Of a DNA stretch of 64,000 nt, positions 22,968 to 32,908 are shown in pieces. The notes below the pieces were generated by a model that was not told where the DNA came from, did no database searches, and was given only the letters and a program-made list of their open reading frames with translations. The number at the start of each line of letters is the position of its first letter. Position 1 is the stretch's first letter. The DNA comes from a cyanobacterium endosymbiont of Rhopalodia gibba. GTDB lineage: Bacteria > Cyanobacteriota > Cyanobacteriia > Cyanobacteriales > Microcystaceae. A program made the translations under genes and the position numbers. The stretch lies in the NCBI GenBank assembly GCA_045159875.1, contig CP067995.1, positions 992,001-1,056,000 of the forward strand, written 5' to 3'.

Positions 22968-22998
22968 AATCTACCTCTAAATTAGGAAAAGGTAGATT
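22968..22998 (-). terminator. Terminator downstream of moeB
   Basis: AATCTACCT..AGGTAGATT with an A-run on the left (U-tract on the minus strand). Confidence 0.55.
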
Positions 22999-23048
22999 AC
23001 TTTACTACTATTTTTACTTAGTTATAAATCTGAGAGATAGCAGTAATA

Positions 23049-24221
23049 TTAATATTGAGGAACATCAGGATCAACTTCTTTACTCCAAGCTGTAATTCCA
23101 CCTTTAACATTGGTTCCTAAAATCCCCTTTTCCCTGAGAATTCCTAACGCTTTAGCTGACCGTCCTCCTGTTTTACAATGGGCAATAATTTTTTTATTTT
23201 GTGATAATCTACAGATTTTTTCTACTCCTTTTCCATCTTCAATATCTGGTAAAGGAACTAAAATTGACCCTGGAATTTTAGATATCTCGTACTCGTTGAC
23301 ATTACGAACGTCAATTAAGACAAAAGTATCCGTACTATAATCAATTAGGTCTTTTAATTCTTTAACGGTAATTTCAGGAATAGTTGCTTTTTCCTTTGCT
23401 TCCACTGCTTGTGCTTGAGGAATTCCACAGAATTGTTCGTAGTCGATGAGTTTATTAATCAGCGGCCGTTTAGGGTTAGGTCGTAATGTTAACTCACGGA
23501 ATTTCATATCCCAGGCATTATAAAGCAATAAACGTCCACTGAGAGTATTTTCTGCTCCTAGGACAATCTTAATAGCTTCAGTGGCTTGGATTGTTCCAAT
23601 AATGCCACAAAGTACACCTAAAACTCCCCCTTCTGCACAAGAAGGAACCATTCCAGGAGGTGGGGGTTCGGGATATAAGTCACGGTAGTTGGGACCTCCT
23701 TGGTAGTTAAAGACTGTTGCTTGTCCTTCGAAGCGAAAGATCGACCCATAGATATTAGGTTTATTAAGTAAAACACAAGCATCATTAGTCAAATACCGAG
23801 TGGGGAAATTATCTGTCCCATCGATAACAACATCATAGGGCTTAAGAATTTCTAGTGCATTTTCTGAAGATAAGTGAGTTTCATATAAATTCACCTGACA
23901 GTAGGGGTTAATCTGTAAAATTCGGTCTTTTGCTGATTGAACTTTCGGTTTTCCTACCCAAGATGTCCCATGAATGATTTGACGTTGTAAGTTAGAACTA
24001 TCAACAATATCAAAGTCAACAATTCCAATACATCCAATTCCGGCGGCCGCTAAGTACAAGAGTAAAGGAGATCCGAGTCCCCCTGTTCCTATACACAGAA
24101 TACTGGCTGCCTTGAGGCATTTTTGGCCATCTAGTCCTACTTCTGGAAGAATAATGTGACGAGAGTATCTTTGAAACTCTTCTTTATCGAGTTCGATTTC
24201 TTGTAAATTGGGATTTAGCAT
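23049..24221 (-). CDS. moeB: MoeB/MoeZ-type E1-like adenylyltransferase with C-terminal rhodanese domain
   Basis: RYSRHI, GTGGLGS, SNLQRQ, DGTDNF, PSCAEGGVLG, DVR..EY, HCKTGGRS. Confidence 0.93.
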   Translation of the reverse strand: MLNPNLQEIELDKEEFQRYSRHIILPEVGLDGQKCLKAASILCIGTGGLGSPLLLYLAAAGIGCIGIVDFDIVDSSNLQRQIIHGTSWVGKPKVQSAKDRILQINPYCQVNLYETHLSSENALEILKPYDVVIDGTDNFPTRYLTNDACVLLNKPNIYGSIFRFEGQATVFNYQGGPNYRDLYPEPPPPGMVPSCAEGGVLGVLCGIIGTIQATEAIKIVLGAENTLSGRLLLYNAWDMKFRELTLRPNPKRPLINKLIDYEQFCGIPQAQAVEAKEKATIPEITVKELKDLIDYSTDTFVLIDVRNVNEYEISKIPGSILVPLPDIEDGKGVEKICRLSQNKKIIAHCKTGGRSAKALGILREKGILGTNVKGGITAWSKEVDPDVPQY

Positions 24222-24442
24222 GGACGTCGCCTGACTAATTAAGCGTCACGTTAGTTTCTTGATAGGCACTCAACCAGTCATTGTAGCAGATCTTTTCGAA
24301 CTGAATATCTACATCTAGGAAAACTTTAGTTTATACTCCTGTTTTATTAACTTTAATTAACATTTCTTTGCTCAACTATTCAAAAGTCAATTTTTTTCCT
24401 AAGCTATAATTAGCGATCATTTTAATAGACATTAAATCTTTA

Positions 24443-25846
24443 ATGGATTTAAAATTACCCATGATTAGTCAGGAAAAAAAATTGACTTTCAGCACAAAAT
24501 TTTTCTATGGAATTGGAGAATTAAGCGGATCTCTTCCTAGTAATATTTTAATTTTCTTCTTTCTATTTTTCTTGACTAATGTAGCTGGTTTAAGTCCTGG
24601 TTTGGCGGGATTGATGATGTTGGTAGGTAAAGTATGGGATGCAATTAATGATCCAGTCATTGGTTGGTTGAGCGATCATACTTGTTCTCGTTGGGGAAGA
24701 CGATATCCTTGGATGTTATTTGGATCAGTTCCTTTAGGAATAACTTCTATTTTATTGTGGGTCGTTCCTCCTACTACTAATCAGCTACTTTTATTTACTT
24801 ATTATGGAGTGGTTTCTTTCTTATTTTATATAGCTTTTACAGCAGTTCTTTTACCTTATGGAACTTTATCTGCTGAGTTAACACAAGGGTATGACGAACG
24901 TACAAGTTTAATTAGTTTTCGCTCAGCCTTTAGTATTGGTGGTAGTATTTTTTCTTTAGCTTTAGCACAAATAATTTTCTCAAAAAATTATAATATAAAA
25001 CAACAGTATTTGTTAATAGGATTGATTTGTGGGTTGCTCGCAATGCTGATGATATATATCAGTGTTTGGGGAACTTATCATCGTTACCATCAAGTGCAAC
25101 AAAAACATCTAAAAAGGAATAAAACTTCTACCCTATCTTTTAAAGAACAATTATACTTAGCCTTTGATAATCGTCCTTTTTTATATGTTATGGGGATTTA
25201 TCTTTGTTCTTGGTTGAGTGTGCAAATTATTGCATCAACTATTCCTTTTTTTATAATTAATTGTATGAAATTACCAAAAATCTACGTCACTCAAATTGCT
25301 ATTACAGTTCAAGCTACAGCATTTTTTGTACTATTTTTTTTAAATTTTATAAGTAAGAAACTTGAAAAGAAAAATATATTTTTTTTAGGAATACCATCTA
25401 TAATTATTGCAGGATTAGGACTGTTTTTTCTACAATCAGGACAGGTAGTATTACTGTACATTCTTGCTGTTATGGCTGGTATCGGAGTTGCAACTGCTTA
25501 TATTGTTCCTTGGTCAATGTTGCCGGATGTGATAGATTTAGATGAATTAAATACTGGAGAAAGACGAGAAGGTATTTTTTTTGGCGTGGTGGTACAGTTA
25601 CAAAAAATAGGAGTTGCCTTAGCCTTGTTTTTTGTCGGTCAAATCTTAGATTGGTCAGGGTATATTAGTTTCGGTGAAGGAGTACAACCAGAGTCAGCTC
25701 TATGGGCAATTCGGATTATTATCGGCCCTATTTCTGCAGGAATTTTATTCATGGGATTAGTTTTAGCCTATTTTTATCCAATTACTCGACAAGTTCACCA
25801 GGAAATATTACTTAAACTTAGTTATCATCATGCCTATCTTAAATAG
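24443..25846 (+). CDS. MFS transporter, GPH (MelB-like sugar:cation symporter) family
   Basis: WDAINDPVIGWLSD, WGRRYPW, ELTQGYDERT, PWSMLPDVID, GERREG. Confidence 0.9.
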   Translation: MDLKLPMISQEKKLTFSTKFFYGIGELSGSLPSNILIFFFLFFLTNVAGLSPGLAGLMMLVGKVWDAINDPVIGWLSDHTCSRWGRRYPWMLFGSVPLGITSILLWVVPPTTNQLLLFTYYGVVSFLFYIAFTAVLLPYGTLSAELTQGYDERTSLISFRSAFSIGGSIFSLALAQIIFSKNYNIKQQYLLIGLICGLLAMLMIYISVWGTYHRYHQVQQKHLKRNKTSTLSFKEQLYLAFDNRPFLYVMGIYLCSWLSVQIIASTIPFFIINCMKLPKIYVTQIAITVQATAFFVLFFLNFISKKLEKKNIFFLGIPSIIIAGLGLFFLQSGQVVLLYILAVMAGIGVATAYIVPWSMLPDVIDLDELNTGERREGIFFGVVVQLQKIGVALALFFVGQILDWSGYISFGEGVQPESALWAIRIIIGPISAGILFMGLVLAYFYPITRQVHQEILLKLSYHHAYLK

Positions 25847-26014
25847 TCTTAAAAGAATACTTGACTTAAAACTAAGTTACTTTAAGTTTTAATCAACTAT
25901 CTAAAAAAAAATTAATTGACGTCAACTACTTCCTAATGCAGCAAGAGATAACATCTACTGTCGTTAGATAATTTAGAATTGATTCACTTTCAATGAACAA
26001 TGGCTTAATTGTAA

Positions 26015-26488
26015 TCAACTATTGATAATTTTTATATCTTCATGTTGGAAATTTTTCGTATCATCTAATTGCCAACTTGTAACTCCATTGACTTGATTTG
26101 AGGTAGTTGAAACAATAATATATGAATATTCAGCCCAAGCGATTGCCCGATCAAATTCTGAGGGAATGGCTATATGATTAGGATGAGAATGGTAAATACC
26201 AATAATCTGCAATTGGCGATTACGGGCTTCTTTCTGTATTTTTACCAGTATTGACGGAGCAATACTAAAACGGTTGTATTTGCTTAAATATTTTTGAGAA
26301 TTATCAGTATTATTGGATAATATCTTGTTTTCTTCGAGAGTCCAATTGTTTTTTGTTGGAAAAACTTCAATTATTTGTTTGTGATTGTTTTTAATAACAC
26401 CAAGAAGTAAACCACAACATTCTTCTGGATAAATTATAAAGGCGTGGTTATAAATCTGATTTAGGTGCTTTAAAGTAATAAAAATCAC
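26015..26488 (-). CDS. Mov34/MPN/JAB (M67) metallopeptidase
   Basis: YPEECCGLLLG and YHSHPNHIAIPSEFD (JAMM E..HxH..S..D). Confidence 0.92.
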   Translation of the reverse strand: MIFITLKHLNQIYNHAFIIYPEECCGLLLGVIKNNHKQIIEVFPTKNNWTLEENKILSNNTDNSQKYLSKYNRFSIAPSILVKIQKEARNRQLQIIGIYHSHPNHIAIPSEFDRAIAWAEYSYIIVSTTSNQVNGVTSWQLDDTKNFQHEDIKIINS

Positions 26489-26719
26489 AACGTTCAGTTT
26501 TAAGTTAAATTAAGATTATTGTAGTGTAAATCAAAAAAAATTACAGTCTTGACTCCTAAATTAATTGTTAGTTGGTTATTCATCTTGACGGACCTCACCT
26601 AATCTTAATCCTCAACGGAGAGGTCAAGTCGTCAAAGATTTTGGTATGGTTACAATTAATGAGTCTTTTGGCTATCAATTAGGAGTACGGGAGCATGATT
26701 TTGGAGGTAATGAAAATTC

Positions 26720-27055
26720 ATGGATAGTAATGACTGGATGAAACAGTTATTGTTGGTAGGAATCGGCACAACCTCACTAGTTGCTGAAAAAATAAAAGAG
26801 GTGAGTGATCAGTGGGTTAAGGATGGCAGAATCAATTCGGAAGAAGCTCAAGGATTTGTTGAGGATATAATACAACAGATTAGAGCAGGACAAGGTAACT
26901 TTGAAAGTACGATGGAACGTCAATTACGAAACATGCTACAGGATTTAGGCGTTCCTCGTCAGTCCGAAATGGATGAATTGCGTGGGCGTATTGATCGTTT
27001 AGAACGTCAAATTAGAGATTTAGACAAAAAATATGGCGTTAGGTCAAACACCTAA
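26720..27055 (+). CDS. Phasin-family (polyhydroxyalkanoate granule-associated-like) protein
   Basis: LLLVGIGTTSL, DLGVPRQSEMDELRGRIDRLE; GGAGG RBS upstream. Confidence 0.8.
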   Translation: MDSNDWMKQLLLVGIGTTSLVAEKIKEVSDQWVKDGRINSEEAQGFVEDIIQQIRAGQGNFESTMERQLRNMLQDLGVPRQSEMDELRGRIDRLERQIRDLDKKYGVRSNT

Positions 27056-27072
27056 GATTTTAAAAAAGAATT

Positions 27073-27530
27073 ATGCTGTAAATTAGCATTATTTTGGGTA
27101 TTATTGCCGCTTTTAATTTATTATTGTCGGCAATATTTTTGTTTAACACGCCAGACAAAATACAGGCAATCACCGAAGGTAAGTTTTCAATGATTACTTT
27201 TCCAACAAATGGAGAATTGTCACAAATAATCTTAAATATTTTAATCAAGGGAATCAACGAAATGTAGCTAAAAAATGCTGTTAAAACCGATTATGGACTT
27301 CAATCCGTTAAAATTAAAGAAGAGATAAAAGATTTTCTAAGTAAAAGTCAGACACTGACGACATACCATATGGAAATCCTAGAGAATGGGAAAAAAATTT
27401 GATGATTTCTGTGATTGTGGCTGACTCTTATTCTTCAAAATCGCTGTGTAACAAGTGATTGAAGTGTGGGAAAGAGGGGAGGAGTAATGCTACCTCAGTT
27501 TTTGATTTAGGATTGTTGAGGAGAAAATTA
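27073..27530 (+). pseudogene. FKBP-type peptidyl-prolyl isomerase pseudogene
   Basis: ML*ISIILGII.., AVKTDYGLQ, LENGKK/FD, FKIAV*QVIEVWERG, NATSVFDLGLL; stops, frameshifts and an internal deletion. Confidence 0.8.
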
Positions 27531-27699
27531 GCTTTTCCTATTTAAATAGAAATTTAAAATGTTTAATGACTTAAACTGTCCCTCGATCTTTTCTAAACTT
27601 AAGAGAAGTTCTGGTCAAGTCTCTTCATTAATCCGGGTAGGACCGAAAATTTCTCAGAATTTGTTAATAATCTATTCCTCTATCATTGACATTTTGTCC

Positions 27700-27990
27700 A
27701 TAAGTCTTAAGACAAGATTTTTTATTGACGTGGAATAACTAGCTTGTTAAAGCTATAATTCCTATCTTTAGCTTAAAGTTGGGTAGATTCTCTGCAACAA
27801 CATCTGCCCGCTAGATGTGATAAAAGTACTAAAGTTCCAATTAACTCAACCCCTATGCACCGAAGACGATGGGAAAAAACTGTCTTAACCCTTTATAAGG
27901 AACCTGGTCCTTTGTTTTAAGTCTTGCATATTTTTCAGGGTCTCATTGAGCTCGAAGAGGACGTAGGTTTTGCTTAAAAGATTTAGCCAT
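27700..27990 (-). pseudogene. DUF3493 (LPA1-like) protein pseudogene
   Basis: MAKSFKQ..AQ*DPEKYARLKTKDQVPYKGLRQFF..FGA*GL..NLPNFKLKIGIIAL; several in-frame stops; 3' end approximate. Confidence 0.72.
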
Positions 27991-28058
27991 TAGAGGGCTC
28001 GGGTGAAAGTTATTACTGTTTAGTCTAATCATTTGCGATATACTGTGTAGTTGGCAGT

Positions 28059-28130
28059 GCCGATGTAGCTCAGTGGTAGAGCATTCGATTCGTAATCGAA
28101 CGGTCGGCGGTTCAAATCCGCTCATCGGCT
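28059..28130 (+). tRNA. tRNA-Thr(CGT)
   Basis: GCCGATG/CATCGGC acceptor stem, TTCGA-TTCGTAA-TCGAA anticodon arm, GGTTCAAATCC T arm; CCA not encoded. Confidence 0.97.
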
Positions 28131-28894
28131 TTAAGAGAGAATAAAGACTTTACTAGTTTGTTACCATGAAATTGAAAGCCAAGTAAAAATCTCAATAGAG
28201 TATATCTATTTTAATAAAATAGAGATATAAATTCAGGTTGTAGGAACGAAAATTAGTGATTAAACAATCCTTCAGTCAGTAGCTAGGTTAGAATCATAGG
28301 CAAAGTTTTTATCATGGAAAGTCAGTTTATTTCTCTAGGATGGAGTCCTTCTGCTCACAGCATCTCCAAAATTTATGTAAAATCTCTTTAGGGGAGATAA
28401 CAAGAAAGTAAAACTTTCTAGAATGAACTCTATAAAGCAATCCTAACGCTAATTCAAATTAGAAAATATTAGTTTGGGAAAATATAGAGCAACTTTAGTC
28501 TGTTCTCATTTCCCATCTAAAATAGAAAGCATGTAGAACCTCGAAAGTCTTCTCCCATAGTTGAGTTTTATTATCCTCGTTGTTTACCCGTGACTTTGGT
28601 CAGGTTTATGTCTAACGCAATGATCACCAATCAATTTTAGCTCGTATATAGAAGAGAATGGGATAGCATCTTTTTGACTAGTCCCAAGTTTTTATTCTTA
28701 CAATGAACAAGCTTAGTTCAATCACTATAACCTATTACAAACCATCTCAAAACGTAGACTTGATGAAATTCTCTTTGAGGTCGTTCAGTTAATTGGCAAA
28801 AAATATTGGGTTTGTTCTTCTCTCCGTACACAGTTTCAAATATTTTTTCTCAAATCAGAAAATCCTATATAAGGTTTTTGATGGAGGAGTTAAG

Positions 28895-29897
28895 GTGAAC
28901 CAAATTGGATTAATTGCCATTGGACGCAATGAAGAAAAAAGGCTACGTCGGTACTTATAATCAGCAGTTAATCAAGTATATTATCTAGTTTGTGTTAATT
29001 TAGGATAAACTGATAATAATGTAGACTTAGCGTGATCACTAGAGGTTGAAGTAGTTTAATTAGATTTATCTGTTCTCTTTACTACCGCCCGTGCCAGAAA
29101 TGAAGGATTTAATCGCTTCGTGGAAATTAATATTTAATATTTGTTCAATTTGTAGATAGAGACTATGAAATTGTTGACAGTTGGTTAAACTTAGCAAAAC
29201 AAAACTGGAACAACAAGAGCAAGTAACTGTAGTTTGCCGCTGCTGACAAAAACACTATCATTATCAGTCTATATATAATAATAGTGTGATATGGAATGGG
29301 TTTCCCCTACTGGGGAAACTAAGGCTTGTAGGGGAAATTCAATGATGCGAGTTAAAGCATATTAACAAGTAGAAGGTTTTAATATCTCAATGATTGCCAG
29401 AGAAGAATCTGAACTATGTATGAGACTACGACAACAGGGATGGAAAATTCTTCGTATTGATGGGGAAATGACCGAGTTGAGTCAATGCTGGAAACGGAGT
29501 GTTCGCGCTGGAAACGTCTACGAAGAAGAGGGATGATTACATAGGAAAAATACTGAAAAGTATTCTATTAAAGAAAGTCGCAGTATTTAGTTTTGGGGAA
29601 TAATTTTATCTTTGACAGCTTTGGAATTAGCTCTTTTAACAACTCACTTGAGTTTACTACCACTTGGTGGTTATCCTGTCCTAACTTATTGGATTTATCG
29701 TCGTCAACAACAAGAGGGATTGAGTTCTAAACAAGCATGGCTTTATAGTGCTTTTTGCCTTTTAGGAAAGTTTGCCAGTGTTCAATGTTAAGATGGCTTT
29801 TCACAAAAGTCGTTTGTTAGAAAAAAAGACAGTATTGATTAAATATAAAAGAGCCACTTCGAGTATTCTCTCTCCATGTGAGATATGGAGTAGATAG
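28895..29897 (+). pseudogene. Glycosyltransferase family 2 pseudogene
   Basis: NQIGLIAIGRNEE.RL, G*TDNNVDLA, LDLSVLFTTARARNEGF, IAREESELCMRLRQQGWKILRIDGEMT, LIKYK; many stops and frameshifts. Confidence 0.88.
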
Positions 29898-30194
29898 TCT
29901 CTAGAACAGGTTTTATACTCATAATTTTTCTGACACAAAGAATTCCTGACACTTTTGTGTGGCTAATATTAGTATCTTTTTCTCGGTCTTAAATTATTTA
30001 GTGATTTCTCTATTTGTGGTAAACATAACTTTTAGTTTCTAACAATGTCAGAATTGTACTTTATAGCTTTGAAAAACTACATATTTTAATTACTTTTTCA
30101 AAGTACAGATAAGTTAAGTTACATAAAGTTCCAAACCTAATTTATATGTTTAAATTCAAAAATAGATAGGGAAAACAAATTTCCTAGTTTAAGA

Positions 30195-30925
30195 TAGATA
30201 CAGTTAACATTTTTAATATTGCTATTCATAATTTCTCTATAGTCAGAGTTATTAGAAAATCTTGATAGCTTGGGAGAGTTTATCTTAACACCTAATGTAG
30301 ATCATGTAATAAAATTACGCATGCCTCCTGAACTACAAGAGGCTTATTGAGAGTCTAACTACTGAGTGTGCGACAGCAAGATTGTTCAACATGCCTTTAA
30401 ATTTTGGGAAATTCTCTTGTAGAAAAAACTTCTGGTTCGGACTTATTTCCTACTTTTTATAAAAAAATAGAGATAATTTAAGTATTAAGATATTTTTCCT
30501 CGTGTCTAAAAAAGGAATCACCCGACAAGCTCAAAATAAAATTAATCAAAAACTGGGGCGTGAGATTATTATTCTCCCACGGTTGGTTTCGAGAAAGATG
30601 ATAGGGAATGCGAGAAGATCTTATAAAAAATTTGTACCTCAGGAGAAACAGTTTTAGCTGTCGGTTTAAGAGCTCCTAAACAGGAAAAGTAGATTAGCAA
30701 ATCCTAAAAAAAACTATCCAATGTTAGAATTTTTCCAGCAATTGGAGTAACTATTGACTTTGAAGTAGGTTATAAACTCCGTTCACCAAAATGGATGAGT
30801 GAGGTGGAACTAGAATGATTATACCGTCTTTATTTTTGCCCCTAAACGTCTTTGAAAGTAGTATTGAGTTGAATCTATTTCTTCTTTTTGGTTTATTTTT
30901 AAACAGAAACTACGATTAATTTTAA
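30195..30925 (+). pseudogene. WecB/TagA/CpsF glycosyltransferase pseudogene
   Basis: TPNVDHVIKL, VCDSKI, SGSDLFP, VGLRAPKQEK*, IGVTIDFEVG, PKWMSEVELE*LYRL. Confidence 0.88.
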
Positions 30926-30991
30926 AAACTTCTTTCTACTAGACTTTAAGAAGTGTTTTGTCCTGAACTTTTGAGTCTCGAAATAATTAAC

Positions 30992-31052
30992 GGATTAGAT
31001 AAAAATAAAGTATGCTTGGTAATGCCAAGCATACTTTATTTTTATCTAATCC
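30992..31052. terminator. Perfect 28-bp-arm inverted repeat overlapping the icd stop codon
   Basis: GGATTAGATAAAAATAAAGTATGCTTGG-TAATG-CCAAGCATACTTTATTTTTATCTAATCC. Confidence 0.75.
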
Positions 31053-32473
31053 ACAAAATGATCAATAATTGCCTGAGCAAACTCTGAACATTTTAAAGGA
31101 GAATCAACAGGAGGTTCTATTAACCTGGCTAAATCATAAGTTACTTCGCGGTTAGCGATCGCGTTGCCAATGCCTTTTTTAATCAAATCTGCTGCTTCTT
31201 GCCATCCCAGGTATTCTAACATCATTACCCCAGATAAAATCACTGAACCAGGATTAATTCTATCTAAACCGGCATGTTTGGGTGCAGTTCCGTGAGTAGC
31301 TTCAAAAATAGCACAAGTATCCCCGATATTAGCACCAGGTCCCATTCCTAAACCACCAACCACAGCAGCAGCAGCATCAGAGATATAGTCTCCATTTAGG
31401 TTCATAGTTGCAATGATAGAATATTCATCAGGACGGGTTTGAATTTGTTGGAAAATACTGTCAGCAATACGGTCGTTGACCATGATCTTATTCTTCCATT
31501 TTCCATTCCCGTGACTACCCCAAATTGACTCTAAAACCGATTTAACTTCAGCACATACTTCTTGTTTCTTTTCAGGAGTCAAAGACTCGTAGCCAGGTTC
31601 AACTTTGCGCGCATTATCTTCAATAAGAAGACCAGGATTACCTTCTTTATTGCTTAAAATCCAAGATTCTCGTTCTGTAACGCAGACATCTCGAAATTCG
31701 GTCGTAGCTAGTTCATAACCCCAGTCACGGAAAGCTCCCTCAGTATACTTCATTATATTCCCTTTATGGACTAAAGTAACCATTTGTTTAGTTTTGGGGA
31801 GACGTAATGCGTGCTCCATGGCACGGCGAACTAGTCGTTGAGAACCCGTTTTACTAATAGGTTTAATCCCAATTCCCGCGTCAAGGGGAATACGTTTTTT
31901 ACTATGTTCAGGGGTTGCAGGAATTAACTCATCATTGAGATATTTAATTAAATTTTGAGCAATTCCTGTGCCCTCACGCCATTCAATTCCTAAATAGATA
32001 TCTTCGGTATTTTCCCTATAAACAATAATATCAAGTTTTTCGGGTGACCTGTGGGGAGAAGGAGTCCCCGGATAGTAATGACAAGGACGAATGCACGCAT
32101 AGAGGGTAAAAATTTGCCGTAATGCAACGTTAAGCGAACGAATCCCCCCACCGATAGGAGTAGTTAAGGGTCCTTTAATAGCGATACCATATTCTTCAAT
32201 AGCTTTAAGAGTATCATCAGGTAAGTATTGATAGGTTCCATAAAGGTCACACGCTTCATCTCCTGCATAGACTTTAAACCAGTTAACTTGGCGTTTGTCT
32301 CCATACGCAGTGGCAATCGCAGCATCGATCACCCTTTTGGTAGCAGGCCAAATGTCCACACCTATTCCATCGCCTCGAATGAAGGGAATAATAGGATCAT
32401 CTGGAACAATAGGTTTACCGTCTTCATAAGTAATTTTAGAACCAGCGGTTGGGGATATTAGTTTCTCGTACAT
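31046..32473 (-). CDS. icd: NADP-dependent isocitrate dehydrogenase
   Basis: [53 protein letters not shown]; long cyanobacterial-type insertion. Confidence 0.98.
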   Translation of the reverse strand: MYEKLISPTAGSKITYEDGKPIVPDDPIIPFIRGDGIGVDIWPATKRVIDAAIATAYGDKRQVNWFKVYAGDEACDLYGTYQYLPDDTLKAIEEYGIAIKGPLTTPIGGGIRSLNVALRQIFTLYACIRPCHYYPGTPSPHRSPEKLDIIVYRENTEDIYLGIEWREGTGIAQNLIKYLNDELIPATPEHSKKRIPLDAGIGIKPISKTGSQRLVRRAMEHALRLPKTKQMVTLVHKGNIMKYTEGAFRDWGYELATTEFRDVCVTERESWILSNKEGNPGLLIEDNARKVEPGYESLTPEKKQEVCAEVKSVLESIWGSHGNGKWKNKIMVNDRIADSIFQQIQTRPDEYSIIATMNLNGDYISDAAAAVVGGLGMGPGANIGDTCAIFEATHGTAPKHAGLDRINPGSVILSGVMMLEYLGWQEAADLIKKGIGNAIANREVTYDLARLIEPPVDSPLKCSEFAQAIIDHFVD

Positions 32474-32613
32474 AAAATCATTTTATACTTAGTGTCATCT
32501 TTCAATTACACTCCTCCAATGAATCAATTCCTTTATCTCTTAAGGAAATCTATGTAAGTTAGCAAGAGTAATTGTTCTTTTAAAAACTTATATGTTAGGA
32601 TGAAAGTCTATAC

Positions 32614-32687
32614 GGACGTATAGCTCAGCTGGTTAGAGTACATCGTTGACATCGATGGGGTCACTGGTTCAATTCCAGTTACGTCCA
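32614..32687 (+). tRNA. tRNA-Val(GAC)
   Basis: GGACGTA/TACGTCC acceptor stem, CATCG-TTGACAT-CGATG anticodon arm, GGTTCAATTCC T arm. Confidence 0.97.
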
Positions 32688-32908
32688 TATTTACTGGAAA
32701 AAATCTGTCTAAAAAAATATTAAATCCTTTGCAGGAATGGCACTTTTTGGGCAAGAGTCAATGTTACTATGTGAAAAAGCATATTAAGTTCACATGTACT
32801 GTGTTGCTCATAGCTAGATCATAAATTTGAACTTCTGCAAACCGTATATTAGTCTAAAAAGATTTAGACTATTAAAATATAGTCCCACTAACGGCATATT
32901 GAAAAACA

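Noticed and set aside
24222..24300. Moco riboswitch upstream of moeB
   Set aside because: Consensus elements not found
26585..26636. TTGACGGACCTC..GAGGTC..CGTCAA hairpin in a divergent promoter region
   Set aside because: Short, interrupted, large loop; no further support
27060..27257. 65-aa minus-strand ORF
   Set aside because: Antisense to the FKBP pseudogene
27943..28125. 60-aa minus-strand ORF
   Set aside because: Antisense to tRNA-Thr; only its last 15 codons are the start of the DUF3493 relic
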